Under the pieces are notes generated by a model. That model had not been told where the DNA came from, searched no databases, and worked only from the letters and a program-made list of their open reading frames with translations. Positions 12,616 through 24,492 of a DNA stretch of 64,000 bases are shown piece after piece (the stretch's first letter is position 1; each line of letters starts with the position of its first letter). The DNA lies in assembly GCA_054600435.1 (NCBI GenBank), contig BAAIJX010000001.1, positions 124,001 to 188,000 on the forward strand, read 5' to 3'. A program made the position numbers and the translations under genes. The DNA is from Neophaeotheca triangularis. Taxonomy: Eukaryota.

Positions 12616-13027
12616 CTGGGCGACAGTATTAGTATCGCAAAGCAATCCAGTAAGGGAGTCGTTTGTTGATAGATCGTACCGTGACTGCTGTAGGTTAGTG
12701 CTGGAGGGAGTGGTATCGTCGTCGCTGACTTGCAGTCTTTGTCGTAAGTGGTGTGCGGTCGGATTTTGCAAAGCGGCGGGAGCGGCCGTGGCCAAGACTT
12801 CAAGTTGCTGCACGTGAGGCTGAGGCTGCACTCGGGCTTGCTGTCAGGTGCACTTAGTTAGATTGCTTGCCCTTATCAGCCAGCCAGCGATAAGACCAGA
12901 AGCTCACTTACACATCGTCACCTCGGACCTCACGAAGCTCCCATCATGCTTCTCGCCACATCTCAGCATACTGTACTTCCTAGCAGATACGAGAGTGCAG
13001 AGGTCAAGCCTCCGTGCTCGATAACAC

Positions 13028-15829
13028 ATGCACCCGCATTCGCGCCTCCCGAGTGAGAAGAAAACGCACGATCGCAGCGAAGCTCGCAAGCGCAAGTTGA
13101 GCAATCACCGCCCCTCGCGGCAAGAGGCATCGCAACAGCAATCGGTGAAAGGTCTATTCTCTGGCGATCAACGACAAGGACGAGGCGATCAGACTCCGCC
13201 ACCGCACAAACGCTCCAGATTCACCAACGCCGATTCATCCCCATCCACTCCGCCAAGAGCCGCTGCGGCCAGCGAGATGTACGCATTCGTCCCGAAGACG
13301 TCTGTAGCGAACCAGAATGCCAATAGCGTGGTCGACCTAACAAGCAGTCCACCGACGGGAGGCTCTCCAGGCCTTCCCCTGAATGGGCAACGAAAGCCAA
13401 TGCGAGGTTTAAACCCCCATGCCGGAGCCAAGAAGCTGGTGGTGAAGAACCTCAAGGCGAATGCTGCGTGGGATGGAAAAGCGTACTTGGAGAAGATTTG
13501 GGGTCAACTTGATACCGCGTTAGCAACCATTTTCAAAGGCGAGCCTGACGGTGTCGGAAAGGAAGAGTTGTACAGGGGTGTGGAGAATGTCTGTCGTCAA
13601 GGCGGAGCCTCCACGCTCTATTCGAGGTTGGAGAAGAGGTGTCGGAACCACGTGCAATTGGACATGAGGGAACCATTGCTTGAGCGGGCTCGTGAGAACA
13701 GTACCGACGTGCTCGCAGCAATACTGCAACATTGGGGCCAATGGAAGGAGCAAATGCTGACCATCCGCGGCATCTTCTTCTTCTTAGATCGGTCTTATCT
13801 TCTGTCTTCCGGCAAATCAACTTTAGCGGAGCTTGTACCCCAGCTGTTCCGGGAGATTGTGTTCGATCACGACGCACTGAAAGCACAAGTTATAGACGGC
13901 GCATGCGAGCTTGTTAGCGCAGACCGTCGGGGCGGCAATCAACTCGATCAAGGGCTGTTCAGACAAGCAGTGGACATGTTTCATGATCTTGCGGTGTACA
14001 ATGCTAGCTTCGAGCCACGCTTCTTGGGTGCAACGCAGAAATACATCGTGGCGTGGTCGGAGCGAAATACCCAGGATTTGAGCGTGTCCGACTACGTCAA
14101 ACAAGCTAATCAGGTCATAGCAAAGGAAATGAGTCGATGTGAGGACTTTGCACTGGACAACAGCACGCGTCGAGATCTTCTTGAATTGCTGGAAGAATAC
14201 CTCATTGTGCGACCAGAGGCCTACCTCACTAGCCAGGCTGCTCTCGCATCCATGCTAAACAACTACGCAACGCCTGAAATCGAAGCTCTTTACAAGATGC
14301 TGAGTCGTCGCCGCCTGGGTGGTAAGCTCCGGCCTGCATTCGAAAAGTGGGTAAATGAAACCGGTACGAACATTGTGCTTGCGAAAGATTACGAGGACAT
14401 GGTGATACAGCTGCTGTCGCTGAAACGGCGAATGGACATGACATGGCGCACTGCATTTCAACGGGACGAAACTTTAGGCCATGGACTTCGAGAGAGCTTT
14501 GAACACTTCATCAACAAGACTCAGAAAGGCGACGCCACAGGAGGTACGGATAACACCAAGGTAGGGGAGATGATTGCCAAGTACGTCGACCAACTGTTGC
14601 GAGGTGGTGCCAAGATGATTCCCGAGGCACTTACGACGAGGCGGGCGTCTTCCATCATTGCCCCTAATGGAGAAGCTCTGGCTGCTGCTGCCGCCGCCTC
14701 CGCCGAGAAAGACGACGACAATGATGACGATGGTCTGGACGAGGATACTGAAATGAATATTCAGCTTGACCAGGTCCTTGACCTCTTCCGCTTCGTGCAC
14801 GGTAAGGCGGTCTTTGAGGCGTTTTACAAGAAAGACCTTGCGCGACGTCTGCTCATGGGCCGCTCGGCGTCTGCCGACGCGGAGCGGAGCATGCTTGCGC
14901 GCCTGAAGACGGAATGTGGTGCTGGCTTCACCCACAACCTGGAGCAAATGTTCAAAGACGTCGAGCTCGCCCGGGACGAGATGTCGAGCTACAAGCAACG
15001 GCTGGAAGATCGCCTCGGCTACGAGAAGGGCAAGAATGTGGAACTCTCCGTCAACGTCCTGTCGGCCGCGGCATGGCCAACCTACCCCGATATCCCGGTC
15101 ATTATTCCCTCTAATATCAAGCGGGCCATTGATGACTTCGAGCTGCACTACAAGAGCAAGCACTCGGGCCGGAAGCTGGACTGGAAACATGCCCTGGCTC
15201 ATTGCCAGATGCGGGCTAAGTTCAACAAGGGAACGAAAGAGTTGGTGGTTTCAAGCTTCCAAGCAATTGTGATGCTGCTCTTCAACAATGTCGCCGAAGA
15301 AGAACACTTGACATACCAGCATATTTTATCTGAAACCGGCTTGCGTAAGTATTTCATATAACCCCATCACTAAAACAAAGTCCACCAACTAACCTCTTTC
15401 CCAATAGCCCCCGCTGAAGTCAAACGCACCTTGCAATCCCTCGCCTGCGCTAAGTTGCGGCCTCTAACCAAGCACCCCAAAGGCCGCGACATCGCCGACA
15501 CGGACACCTTCACGCTCAACGCCGACTTTACGCACCCCAAATACCGCGTCAAAATCAATCAAGTCCAGCTGAAAGAGACCAAAGAAGAGAACAAGGAAAC
15601 GCATCAGCGCGTGGCCGAAGACCGCAATTTCGAGTGCCAGGCGGCGGTCGTGCGGATCATGAAGTCGAGGAAGACGATTTCGCACCCGGAGTTGATTGCC
15701 GAGGTCATTAGCGCGACCAAGTCGAGGGGTGTGCTAGCTGTGACGGATATCAAGAAGAATATTGATCGCTTGATTGAGAAGGATTATATGGAGAGGGAGG
15801 AGGGAAACATGTATTCGTACATTGCTTGA
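13028..15829 (+). CDS. CUL4: cullin-4; exons 13028-15344, 15408-15829
   Basis: KKLVVKNL; FFLDRSYLL; FEAFYKKDLARRLLMGRSASADAE; ECGAGFTHNLEQMFKD; neddylation domain AAVVRIMKSRK..LIEKDYMER. Confidence 0.95.
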
Positions 15830-16564
15830 GCAGGTGCAAAGTACAAGGGAGCGGTGTGGGCGTTTTTATGGGGCGTTTGGGGAATGTCACTCGGGCTGCA
15901 AGACGTCGTTCCGCGGGTACACAGGGCGAGTGGTTAGATGTCTATCGACCTGTTTGGCTCTAGGTAGAGTAGTGTGAATTTGAAGAATCGTCGTCACGTT
16001 TCTTGAGCCGTGATATGTTGAATCCTCTTGTTACGCCCACTAGAAGTATCGAATGAGGTCCACCTTGAGCAATCTCACAGGAAACTGGCTGCGATTAAGA
16101 AGGCCTTGAGGTGTGAGCCCCGTTGTGGCCTGATGCATGGCTTGAAAGAGCCACAGTACCCCTGAATGCCTATTGGCAGTCTACAAGCTCAGTCCTGACC
16201 CGGTGAATCCATAAGCCAATGACAACGACCCCAAGAACGGTGTGAGATACAACGTAGGGGAGATCATGCGGTCTCGGGACAACATATCCCGGTCGAGCTT
16301 CGAGGCCTTCACGCCAACATCGCCTAGATACGCCGTTGACCATGCATTCCCGCACCTGCCAACTTCGCAACATGGAAATCTTTTCGTGGCACACCTGGAT
16401 GCAACGACCTATCAACTCCCATGTAAAAAAGCAATGGGTATCATATCCACCGGAAACGCCAGCGACATCTTACCACTTCACGCCCATCCCGCCAGCCGAT
16501 TACCTTCCACCTAGCATTAAAAAAAAAAAAAAAAAAAACCAATCACCCCCCCGTTGCCATCGGA

Positions 16565-17223
16565 TCACCCAAAGACGCCGGCCCTCTTCATAACTCCCTC
16601 GAAATCCTCCAACCCCACCGCACCAGTCCCACCACCCGTAGCCTCCCTGAGCATATCTCTGAGCACGGCCTCAGGAACATCCTCGCGTAGACTCCTCGCC
16701 ACGCGTCTCAAATCCGCAATAGTGATATCCCTCTCCTGGCCCGCGGTGAACAGTCGAAAGGCCTTCTCGACCTCAGCATCCCTCTCCTCGTCGCCCTCCT
16801 TGCTAGCATTTCGCTGCAAACTCAGCGCGGCCACGGCGACAAAGTGCTCGTACTCGACTTCATTGGTCGTTTCCGGGTCGCAGATGTCGTGGAACTCTTC
16901 CAACTCCGAGGGTGAGGGCGGGGCGTTGAGCGCGATCAGGCAGCGCCGGATGTCGGTTGTTTGGATGACGCCGTGTTCGTTGCTTTTGGCTGGGTCGCGC
17001 GTGGTGGGCATGAAGGAGAAGAGGGCGAAGGCTTCGGAGATGTCGGTTTCTTGGTCCGGGGTGATGTTGTTTTCTTTTGCGAGTTTGGAGCGGCGTTTGG
17101 TGGGAGCTGTTGTGTCTTTCTGGGGAGCTGGTTTGGCCGGGGTTTTGCGCTTGGGAGGCTTGAGGGAGAGAGTGTTAGTGCTGGTGGGCAGTTTCGAAAT
17201 GTTGGTGATGTCGGACTCACCAT
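16565..17223 (-). CDS. centrin/calmodulin-like EF-hand protein; exons 17223-17221 (ATG only), 17158-16565
   Basis: ATG|GTGAGT..CTAAC..AAG|CCT gives MPPKRK; EAFALF, EKAFRLF, ITIADLRRVA, FEGVMKRAG are EF-hand-like helices. Confidence 0.8.
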
Positions 17224-17828
17224 GGTGGGCCCGTCTAGTTGGCTTGAGATATCTGGTCGCTGCCTTCACAGCCAAAGATGATGGAGGGTCGTTCGGCTTT
17301 CAAGTTGGAGTGGAGTTGGCTCCCGATCCGAAGTGAAGATGCCAAGAAATGAACTCTAAGCTCCCGCGAGCTTCACGGTACCTACCTACCTAACCTTCCT
17401 GCCAAAGAAAGCAAAGGTAGCACTTTAACTCGACAAATGCTACCTACTGACAGCTTAATACATCACAAACGCTCCACTACTCGACGACGACCCCAGCAAG
17501 CAGAGGTAGCGCGTTATGTCGTTTCTGTAACCGGGAGGTGGAGAATTATGGACAACGGGACCTGGGGATCGGGACGAACGAGCGAGGCGACACGTGCTGG
17601 ATCATGGGCCGTGGCATATCCGAAGGAAGCAGTGGCGAACCGAGGAGTAATTGGAACCGGCTTCAGAAAGATGCAAATAGCAAGGTACTTTACCTAGTAA
17701 ATACCTAACCATGGTAGTACCGATAAACGATACATGCCTAAGGCAGTAAAGAAACACTGAATAGGGGATCGAATATCGATACCGAACCTTGCTCAAAACG
17801 CGAGCCGGTAACAGAACTGTTTGGGAAT

Positions 17829-17854
17829 TAATTAGAATTAGAATTAGAATTAGA
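17829..17854. repeat. (AATTAG)n hexanucleotide repeat
   Basis: aattagaattagaattagaattagaa. Confidence 0.8.
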
Positions 17855-18927
17855 AGGCGAGATATTCGAACTTGTCTCATCATTAATTCTATGGCTGGCT
17901 GGCGGTAGGGCAGACTATTGCTTTCTGCTAATATACCTACTAACGTTGACTAGTACCTGGGTAATAATATTAATCAAAAGTCGTTGGGCTTGGAGATTTG
18001 GACCAGAGCGGCTGTGGCTTGGCACAGCGCATGTACCGTATAGTTAGGTGTAGGAGGTAGATGGATGTGCTAAGCAGCGCCATCTTATCATCCCTGGCCC
18101 GCCCTCTTTCTGCACTAACTTAGACTCTCTCTTCTGACTCCGCTGTCTACATACATCCATCCTAACTCAGGTGGTACTATCTACCTTGAACTCCACCAAC
18201 TCCCATCTCGCCACCTTCACCTTTCGCGATACACTCCGTATCCCGATTCAGCCTCCCCCTACCAACCGAATACATACCGACAGTATCCAACCAAGGCAGA
18301 CATACCACCACCTTGCTTGTTATCACGCCCATCACCAACGAGCCTGCGGCGGTAGCGGCCGTGAGCGAGCGCCGCTTCCCGGAAGACTCGACTGCGAGGA
18401 AACCACATACGGGAAGACGGATACAGGAGGTGAGGTGTAGCAGTTAATACATACCACCATCCCATCTACTTGTACCGCCGAACACTCCACCAATACCACT
18501 TCTCGCTCTCGAGAGAAGAAGAGAACGTTGAGCCGGGACCAGTACAGCAGCACTACACTCCGCTTCGCTCGACGCAGTACATCGCCAGCGACTCACCAGC
18601 ACACTTCGGCCTTCTGTTATAGGTCGCTTGACATCGATTCCCACTGCGACCGCAACGTCCTTTTCTTTTCTACCATCAGGCGCCCTGCTTGCCCCACGGC
18701 TGCCTCCTTGGCATCTGGTGCACGCGCTCAACATCTGGATTCGGAGTTTGATCTGCAGCGAATAAGCCTCTTTCCATCCAGGCGCAGCTCAGGTCAGACA
18801 CATAGCGGGGCTTGCTAAATCGCAAACACCAACGACCCGTCCCTTTAACTGGACGACCTTTGCCATCTGCGACGTGCGGCCACCTGTCACCGCTCATCGC
18901 CGGCGTGAGGAATAGCCTGGCGTGACC

Positions 18928-21168
18928 ATGCGCGAAGCCAACTTCTCCATCCCAAATGCCAACAAAGCTTCCGTTGGCATCACCACCGCCCTCTATGATC
19001 GCCGCGCACTCGATTGTACCTCGACCCTCCCGCTCATCACTTCCCTGAACAACCTCGCATACCTTACAACCTCCTCTGGCCGCATACGTGACATTTTGAC
19101 CGTCGACGGCGGCATCGAGCGTTTAGTATGCATTCTCAAAGAAGGCAGGAGCAAGGATATGATGGACATGTGGAAGTGGAACTTGGCTTTTCAGTGCATT
19201 GTCAACATAGGTGTACGAGGATCCGAGGCGGTAAGGACACGAGTCGTCGAGGCAGATATGGTTCCTGTCATCGCCACCATACTCGACAACTACTTCAGGG
19301 TAGTCGAAAAGTGCCGGGAGCGTGCGGAGCTGGAGAGCAAAAGAAAGGTTGCCAGCCAAAGTTTCTCGGCCAGCAAGAGCGGGAACTCATCGAGAAATGC
19401 AGGCCGAACAGGTACCATCAATGGCCACAGATCTGAGAGGAGTCGGCGGCAGGCTCCTCCACCGATTGCTATACCAGAAACGAGCGACACTGTAGAGGAA
19501 GGGCTGGAAAGCGAAGTGACGCCCACAGCACCTGCGGCCAACTTGTCGTTGAGCTCTCCGCCGGACGGCAGCCAATCTCGTTCACGACAATCACATCTTG
19601 GCCGCATGGCCGATGCGCAGCCTAGACAACAATTCACATCATCCAACCCGCGGTCACATACACAATCAGAGCAGCGTTCGAGGTCGTCTGCGGGCTTCCA
19701 ATTCATGCGCCCTGTGAGGGATACCGACCGACTTCCCTCCATGGCACCCGCAACAAACGCGGAGCTTTCCTCACAACCTCAGTCCCCTACCACTCCCCAC
19801 GGGCCTTCCGTAGATCGCTCCATGGCTGGAACCTTGGATAGCGAAAGCCGGCCACGAAGAAGGCCCTCCATCCGGCATCAACTCTCAACGTCTGGGAGTG
19901 ACGACGACGGTCAAATTGAGGAGGTTGCAAGCGACCCTGACTCGAACGACACCGTGGAAGCTTCATCCGAGCCAGTGGTCGGCATCCAGAACATGGACGG
20001 TGAAGGGGAGACGGACATTGTTATGCGAGACATTGTAGATGATGATACGCTACTGGTGGACTCGCAGCGCGACAACAACGATCTGACACTGGCAAGCACC
20101 AATACTGGCGACAATAACGGCACTTTCAACATCACTCATCGTTCAGCAACTGGCGATGGCAGCATGGTGCCTACGATGAACATGGATATGAACGGCGCAA
20201 CGACACCCACAGTACAAAATCCACACCCTCGAAATGCATTCGGACCTCCCAATGCAACACCCACACCAGGACCACCGGCAATCGCTCTCAATAATGGACC
20301 TACGCCCTTACACACACAAAATGCCGGTACCATACCCACCTGGTATCCTTCGCCGACACCTTCCCACAGCTCCAATACCCCTACCAATTCCGCCATATTT
20401 GCAGCCATGCCAAAAGACGAGGACGTACTAATGTCTCTCCAACTCCTCGCATACGTGAGCAAATACTGCAACCTGCGCTCCTACTTTCAGGCCACCCACC
20501 TCGTCCCTCGTCTCAAAATTGGCGCCGACCTTCGCCTTTTGGATCTCGATTACGACCCAGCAAATGATACCGGCGCTCCCACGGCGGAGCAGTTGCAAGA
20601 AGATTGGGATAACGAATTTGTGACTGCACCTGGCGATGAGCCTTACAATATTTTCCCGCTCATTGAGCGCTTCACCGCTAAGCCTTCCCGCCAAAGCAGT
20701 ACCTCCCTACCTTCGGCATACTCCAACTCCAACTTACTCAGTCCCAGACAAGGCGACATGCAATACTGGGCTGGCGTGGTTATGCGCAATTTGTGTCGCA
20801 AAGATGAAGCGCGCGGTGGAATCCGGCAATGCGCTTACTGGCAATGTGGCAAGTGGGAGCAGTTTCAACGGCAATTTGCCAAATGCCGTCGATGTCGCCG
20901 GACAAAGTACTGCAGCAAAGAATGCCAAAAGGGCGCCTGGGGGAGCCACAGGTTCTGGTGCGTGGCCGCTGAAGAGGGCAACCGAGAAGGCGCCCCAGAC
21001 CCTACCAGCGCCTCTTTCGATGTCGCACCGAACGCGGGCGAAGGCTCTTCTAGACAGGACTTGGCTATTGCTGGGAATGGCAGTGGCTCTTCGAGGCATG
21101 GTCACAGGCACAGGCATCACCATCGCCATGGGCATGGAAGACATGGTCAGCCCGAAGGCCAGGTCTAG
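18928..21168 (+). CDS. samB: MYND-type zinc finger protein SamB/Mub1
   Basis: MREANF..ITTALYDRRALDCT; WAGVVMRNLCRKD..GGIRQCAYWQCGKWE..FAKCRRCRRTKYCSKECQ. Confidence 0.92.
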   Translation: MREANFSIPNANKASVGITTALYDRRALDCTSTLPLITSLNNLAYLTTSSGRIRDILTVDGGIERLVCILKEGRSKDMMDMWKWNLAFQCIVNIGVRGSEAVRTRVVEADMVPVIATILDNYFRVVEKCRERAELESKRKVASQSFSASKSGNSSRNAGRTGTINGHRSERSRRQAPPPIAIPETSDTVEEGLESEVTPTAPAANLSLSSPPDGSQSRSRQSHLGRMADAQPRQQFTSSNPRSHTQSEQRSRSSAGFQFMRPVRDTDRLPSMAPATNAELSSQPQSPTTPHGPSVDRSMAGTLDSESRPRRRPSIRHQLSTSGSDDDGQIEEVASDPDSNDTVEASSEPVVGIQNMDGEGETDIVMRDIVDDDTLLVDSQRDNNDLTLASTNTGDNNGTFNITHRSATGDGSMVPTMNMDMNGATTPTVQNPHPRNAFGPPNATPTPGPPAIALNNGPTPLHTQNAGTIPTWYPSPTPSHSSNTPTNSAIFAAMPKDEDVLMSLQLLAYVSKYCNLRSYFQATHLVPRLKIGADLRLLDLDYDPANDTGAPTAEQLQEDWDNEFVTAPGDEPYNIFPLIERFTAKPSRQSSTSLPSAYSNSNLLSPRQGDMQYWAGVVMRNLCRKDEARGGIRQCAYWQCGKWEQFQRQFAKCRRCRRTKYCSKECQKGAWGSHRFWCVAAEEGNREGAPDPTSASFDVAPNAGEGSSRQDLAIAGNGSGSSRHGHRHRHHHRHGHGRHGQPEGQV

Positions 21169-22031
21169 GAAGCCGGGCCTGGCAACGAACCTGTCCAGCC
21201 GGGGGTGACGCAAGCATATTCCCTTCCCCGAACGGAGTGAATAGGGGGTTTACGGGAGAGATAGTACTTTGATTGAGCGTTACGATTATAATATTCTTTT
21301 CTCTAGCATGGCGATATGCATGAATTGGCAGGCGGGCGAACCATTGGTGTTGAGGCAATCCTAGAATGAGCGCATCGGGTTGGCAAAGGAAGAGGAAATA
21401 TGCATCGCCAGGCGAATCTGGGGTCGAATGCTTCCTTCGACCGGACTGCATCGTTTTCCTGAACGGCTTTGGCTGGGGTCAATGATGGGCAAATGTCCGG
21501 TACTGCGCGCTGGGACCGGGGTGCCTTGAAATGCGAAGCAGTGTGAAGATACCTTCATGAAATAGCCTTTTCGTAGCAGTTGATAGCGTTCTTGTTGAAG
21601 CTTGCACTCTTTTTCTCTATTTTGGGTTTCCAGCTCCAAGTTCATCAAAGTCTTGACTATCAGCATACCCCTGTCATGACCGAGTGGGCATAGGGGATCC
21701 AGCCAGGCATTACTGGGAGTTGAGAAAAGAATAGCATGGTACGGTCCATCGGGCAAGCGAAACCTGTGCTCTGCATTTTCGTTTTTACTTTTCAAGTCTG
21801 TATGTACTTTCCTTCCTACCCAATGCGTTCGCGCGGCAACCCGCCATTCAATGCACGAACTATTCTAGCAGCTACCAGCCGATATCCAAGCAATAAACAG
21901 CAGATTTCAACTCTACTGGCAACCGCTTGCAGATACTTGAATCATCCCAACTACACCGCAGACCCTTGCCCACAGCATCGGCTCGGGGGAAGAGAGAGAA
22001 AGAGAGAAGGAGAGAGAGCAAAGCCTCCCCA

Positions 22032-23249
22032 TTAGCGACGGTAAAGCGCCCGACGACGGGTGAAAGTCGCATTCCCGCCGGAGGCGGAAGACGAGGAACC
22101 AACCCTGCCGACACCGGCGTCCGCAGTCACGGCATTGGCAACGCCGTCGGCAGCCTGAGCCTCGACAGCACTTGAACCAATAGAGGACAGCACGCTCGAG
22201 CTGCTGTAGGAGCCAAAGTCCCCCGAATCGGAAGAGACCGAGTTGGCGACACAGGGCCTGCCGAGAGCGGCGCTGCAGTCGCCTTCGGAGCCCGAGGGGA
22301 CGTTGAAGATGGCGCCGCCGTGGCTGGCGCTCTCGGGCGTGATGGGCTGCGCGACCGACTCGAAGACGTTGGCCTCGATGAGCACGCTGGCGCCCTCGGA
22401 GATGTCGAAGGCGTGGCCCGTGTTGTCTTGCCAGTAGTTGTTGACGGCGTGCATGACGATGTTGCCGTTGCCGCCGACTTTGGGGCTGCGGCCGGAAGTC
22501 GTGTGGATGTAGTTGCCCTGGAGGGTGATTTTGTCGGCTTCGCCCAGGAAGAGCATGGACCAGTAGTGGTGGCCGTCGCAGGAGGCGGACCAGTCCGTCT
22601 CGCCGTCGAATTCGTTGGACGAGATGGTGACTTTGCCCGCTTGCTCGTAGCCGGTGACGATCATCTGGCGGCCGGTGAGGGAGAATTTGCAGTGGTCGAT
22701 CCAGACCATGTCGGTGCCGGCGAGGGTGATGGCGTCGCCGCCCCAGATGTATTGCGGGTTCAGGTCGGTGAAGTGGATGTTTTGGATAATGACGTTGGTG
22801 ATGCCGTTGGCGAGACGGAGGCCTTTGCCTTTGATGACGGCGTCGCTGCCGACGCCGACGATGGACTTGTCTCCGGCGATGTTGATGGCGTTGACCCCGG
22901 CTTCATCGTAGGTCACTTCCACCGAGGGAAACGAGGCGTCGCACCAGTCTGCGCCGTTGATGGCGTCCTGGCCGCCGTTGCCCGGGCAGGTGTTGGAGTC
23001 TGGACGGCAGCCCGTCTCGGTCGTGCTGCCCTCGCTGCCGGTGAAGTCGTACGTCTTGTCGAGGAGGATGACGCGGGGTGAGTTGTCGGTGAGGTAGCTG
23101 ACCAGCTCGTCAATGTCGGCGGGTGTCACTGGGGACGCATCCCCACCGCCCGTCACGCCGGATGCGAAGCCAGATGCGGCTCCAACGACCTGCGCCAGCG
23201 CAGTGTTGGAGGCGTAAAGAGCGCCCAAAAGGAGGGCTTTGGGAAGCAT
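22032..23249 (-). CDS. secreted pectin lyase (polysaccharide lyase family 1)
   Basis: Signal peptide MLPKALLLGALYASNTALA; VVGAASGFASGVTGGG; KGKGLR; WGGDAITL; VWIDH; TSGRSPKV; HAVNNYW. Confidence 0.92.
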   Translation of the reverse strand: MLPKALLLGALYASNTALAQVVGAASGFASGVTGGGDASPVTPADIDELVSYLTDNSPRVILLDKTYDFTGSEGSTTETGCRPDSNTCPGNGGQDAINGADWCDASFPSVEVTYDEAGVNAINIAGDKSIVGVGSDAVIKGKGLRLANGITNVIIQNIHFTDLNPQYIWGGDAITLAGTDMVWIDHCKFSLTGRQMIVTGYEQAGKVTISSNEFDGETDWSASCDGHHYWSMLFLGEADKITLQGNYIHTTSGRSPKVGGNGNIVMHAVNNYWQDNTGHAFDISEGASVLIEANVFESVAQPITPESASHGGAIFNVPSGSEGDCSAALGRPCVANSVSSDSGDFGSYSSSSVLSSIGSSAVEAQAADGVANAVTADAGVGRVGSSSSASGGNATFTRRRALYRR

Positions 23250-24492
23250 AGTGGGGGAAAAAAAAAGACGAACAAAGAGCGACGAATCAAAGTAACGATG
23301 GGAATTGCAAGTCAAACAGGAAAAAGGCGGAAGCAGTAGGAATGTGAATAGCGAAAGGGAAATACCCCAAGGACGAGACCTACCTACCTTTATCATATTT
23401 TGTCGACAACATCAAGATGGGTCAAGCTTGTTGATTACCGGAATGCGAAGTGAGGATCGTCTGTCTTAGCAGGGCTTCTGATGAATGCTTTGCAAGCGTG
23501 ATGTCGTGGCATGCCGCATAGTATGGGAAATGGTCTAGGTGAAACAGACCCACACGACTTGCAAGGTTGGTTTCAAGGGTACTAACTAGTACTGGAGGTA
23601 GTAAGTAGTTAACATGCCGGGCCGAACCTCAGCGATCTTGTCTGTCTTGGGGAAGTCTTAACTACCTACATAGTATGAGGTAGACGTGTCGTCGATACAA
23701 AGGCAGGGCAGACTGCTACCTGGTCCTGGGTAGTACCTTAAGGGGTTACATTAACGTTAGCCTGGGTGTGCGTCCCATCGTCGTAAGCTTCTGAGAAGTG
23801 TGCATTGATACTACTATGTACCTAGTATTCCCAGGGTGAGTCTAAACTGTACGAGGTAGATTATTACTGTGTACCATCATACAGACCATGCCATGTATAA
23901 TGTACTTATTACTGTGTCAATCTGGCCTCTTACACAATTCATCCGTGACCATGGGAGGCGGCCCAGCTGCTTTCTTTCCTGCCCTCGACTCCTCGAGAAG
24001 GTGCCTTCTCTCGCCTTTGTTATCGTCCAGTCTTGCCTGCCACTCGTCTGAGCGGCTTCCTGGTACTGCGCTGAAGCGGTTGATACTCCTAAGTAGGTAC
24101 TGTACTGTACCTATGTACTAATAATCCATGCTGTCAAGAGTCGAATCACAGTAGAAACCTCCTCCCGTCCGCTAAAAGGTGACAGAGGCGACGCAAGGGG
24201 TAGACCGTATTGGGACACCCCCGCTGATGGTGGTGGCAACCTGTGATTGGTCAGTCTGACTTCACCCTACCTTCTGACTGCGCCTCTCTCTTATTTTTTT
24301 GCCATATCTCCTATCGGTACAAAGCGCCTCCGTCGTTGACCATGCATGACAGTGACTGACATTCGTTTTGAAGCCTGTGGCCTTCATCATTCGCTTACAG
24401 AGGAGACAGCATAACAACAGCCACTCGGCTAGACCAATCGCTCCCAGATCACAGCCTGACCTCAGCTCGTGAAATACAGCCAGGCGGCCAGC

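Noticed and set aside
16554..17336. 260-aa plus-strand ORF
   Set aside because: Antisense shadow of the EF-hand gene
21361..21795. 144-aa minus-strand ORF between samB and the pectin lyase
   Set aside because: No recognisable motif and the listed start is not ATG; cannot be supported
22320..23081. 253-aa plus-strand ORF
   Set aside because: Antisense shadow of the GC3-rich pectin lyase
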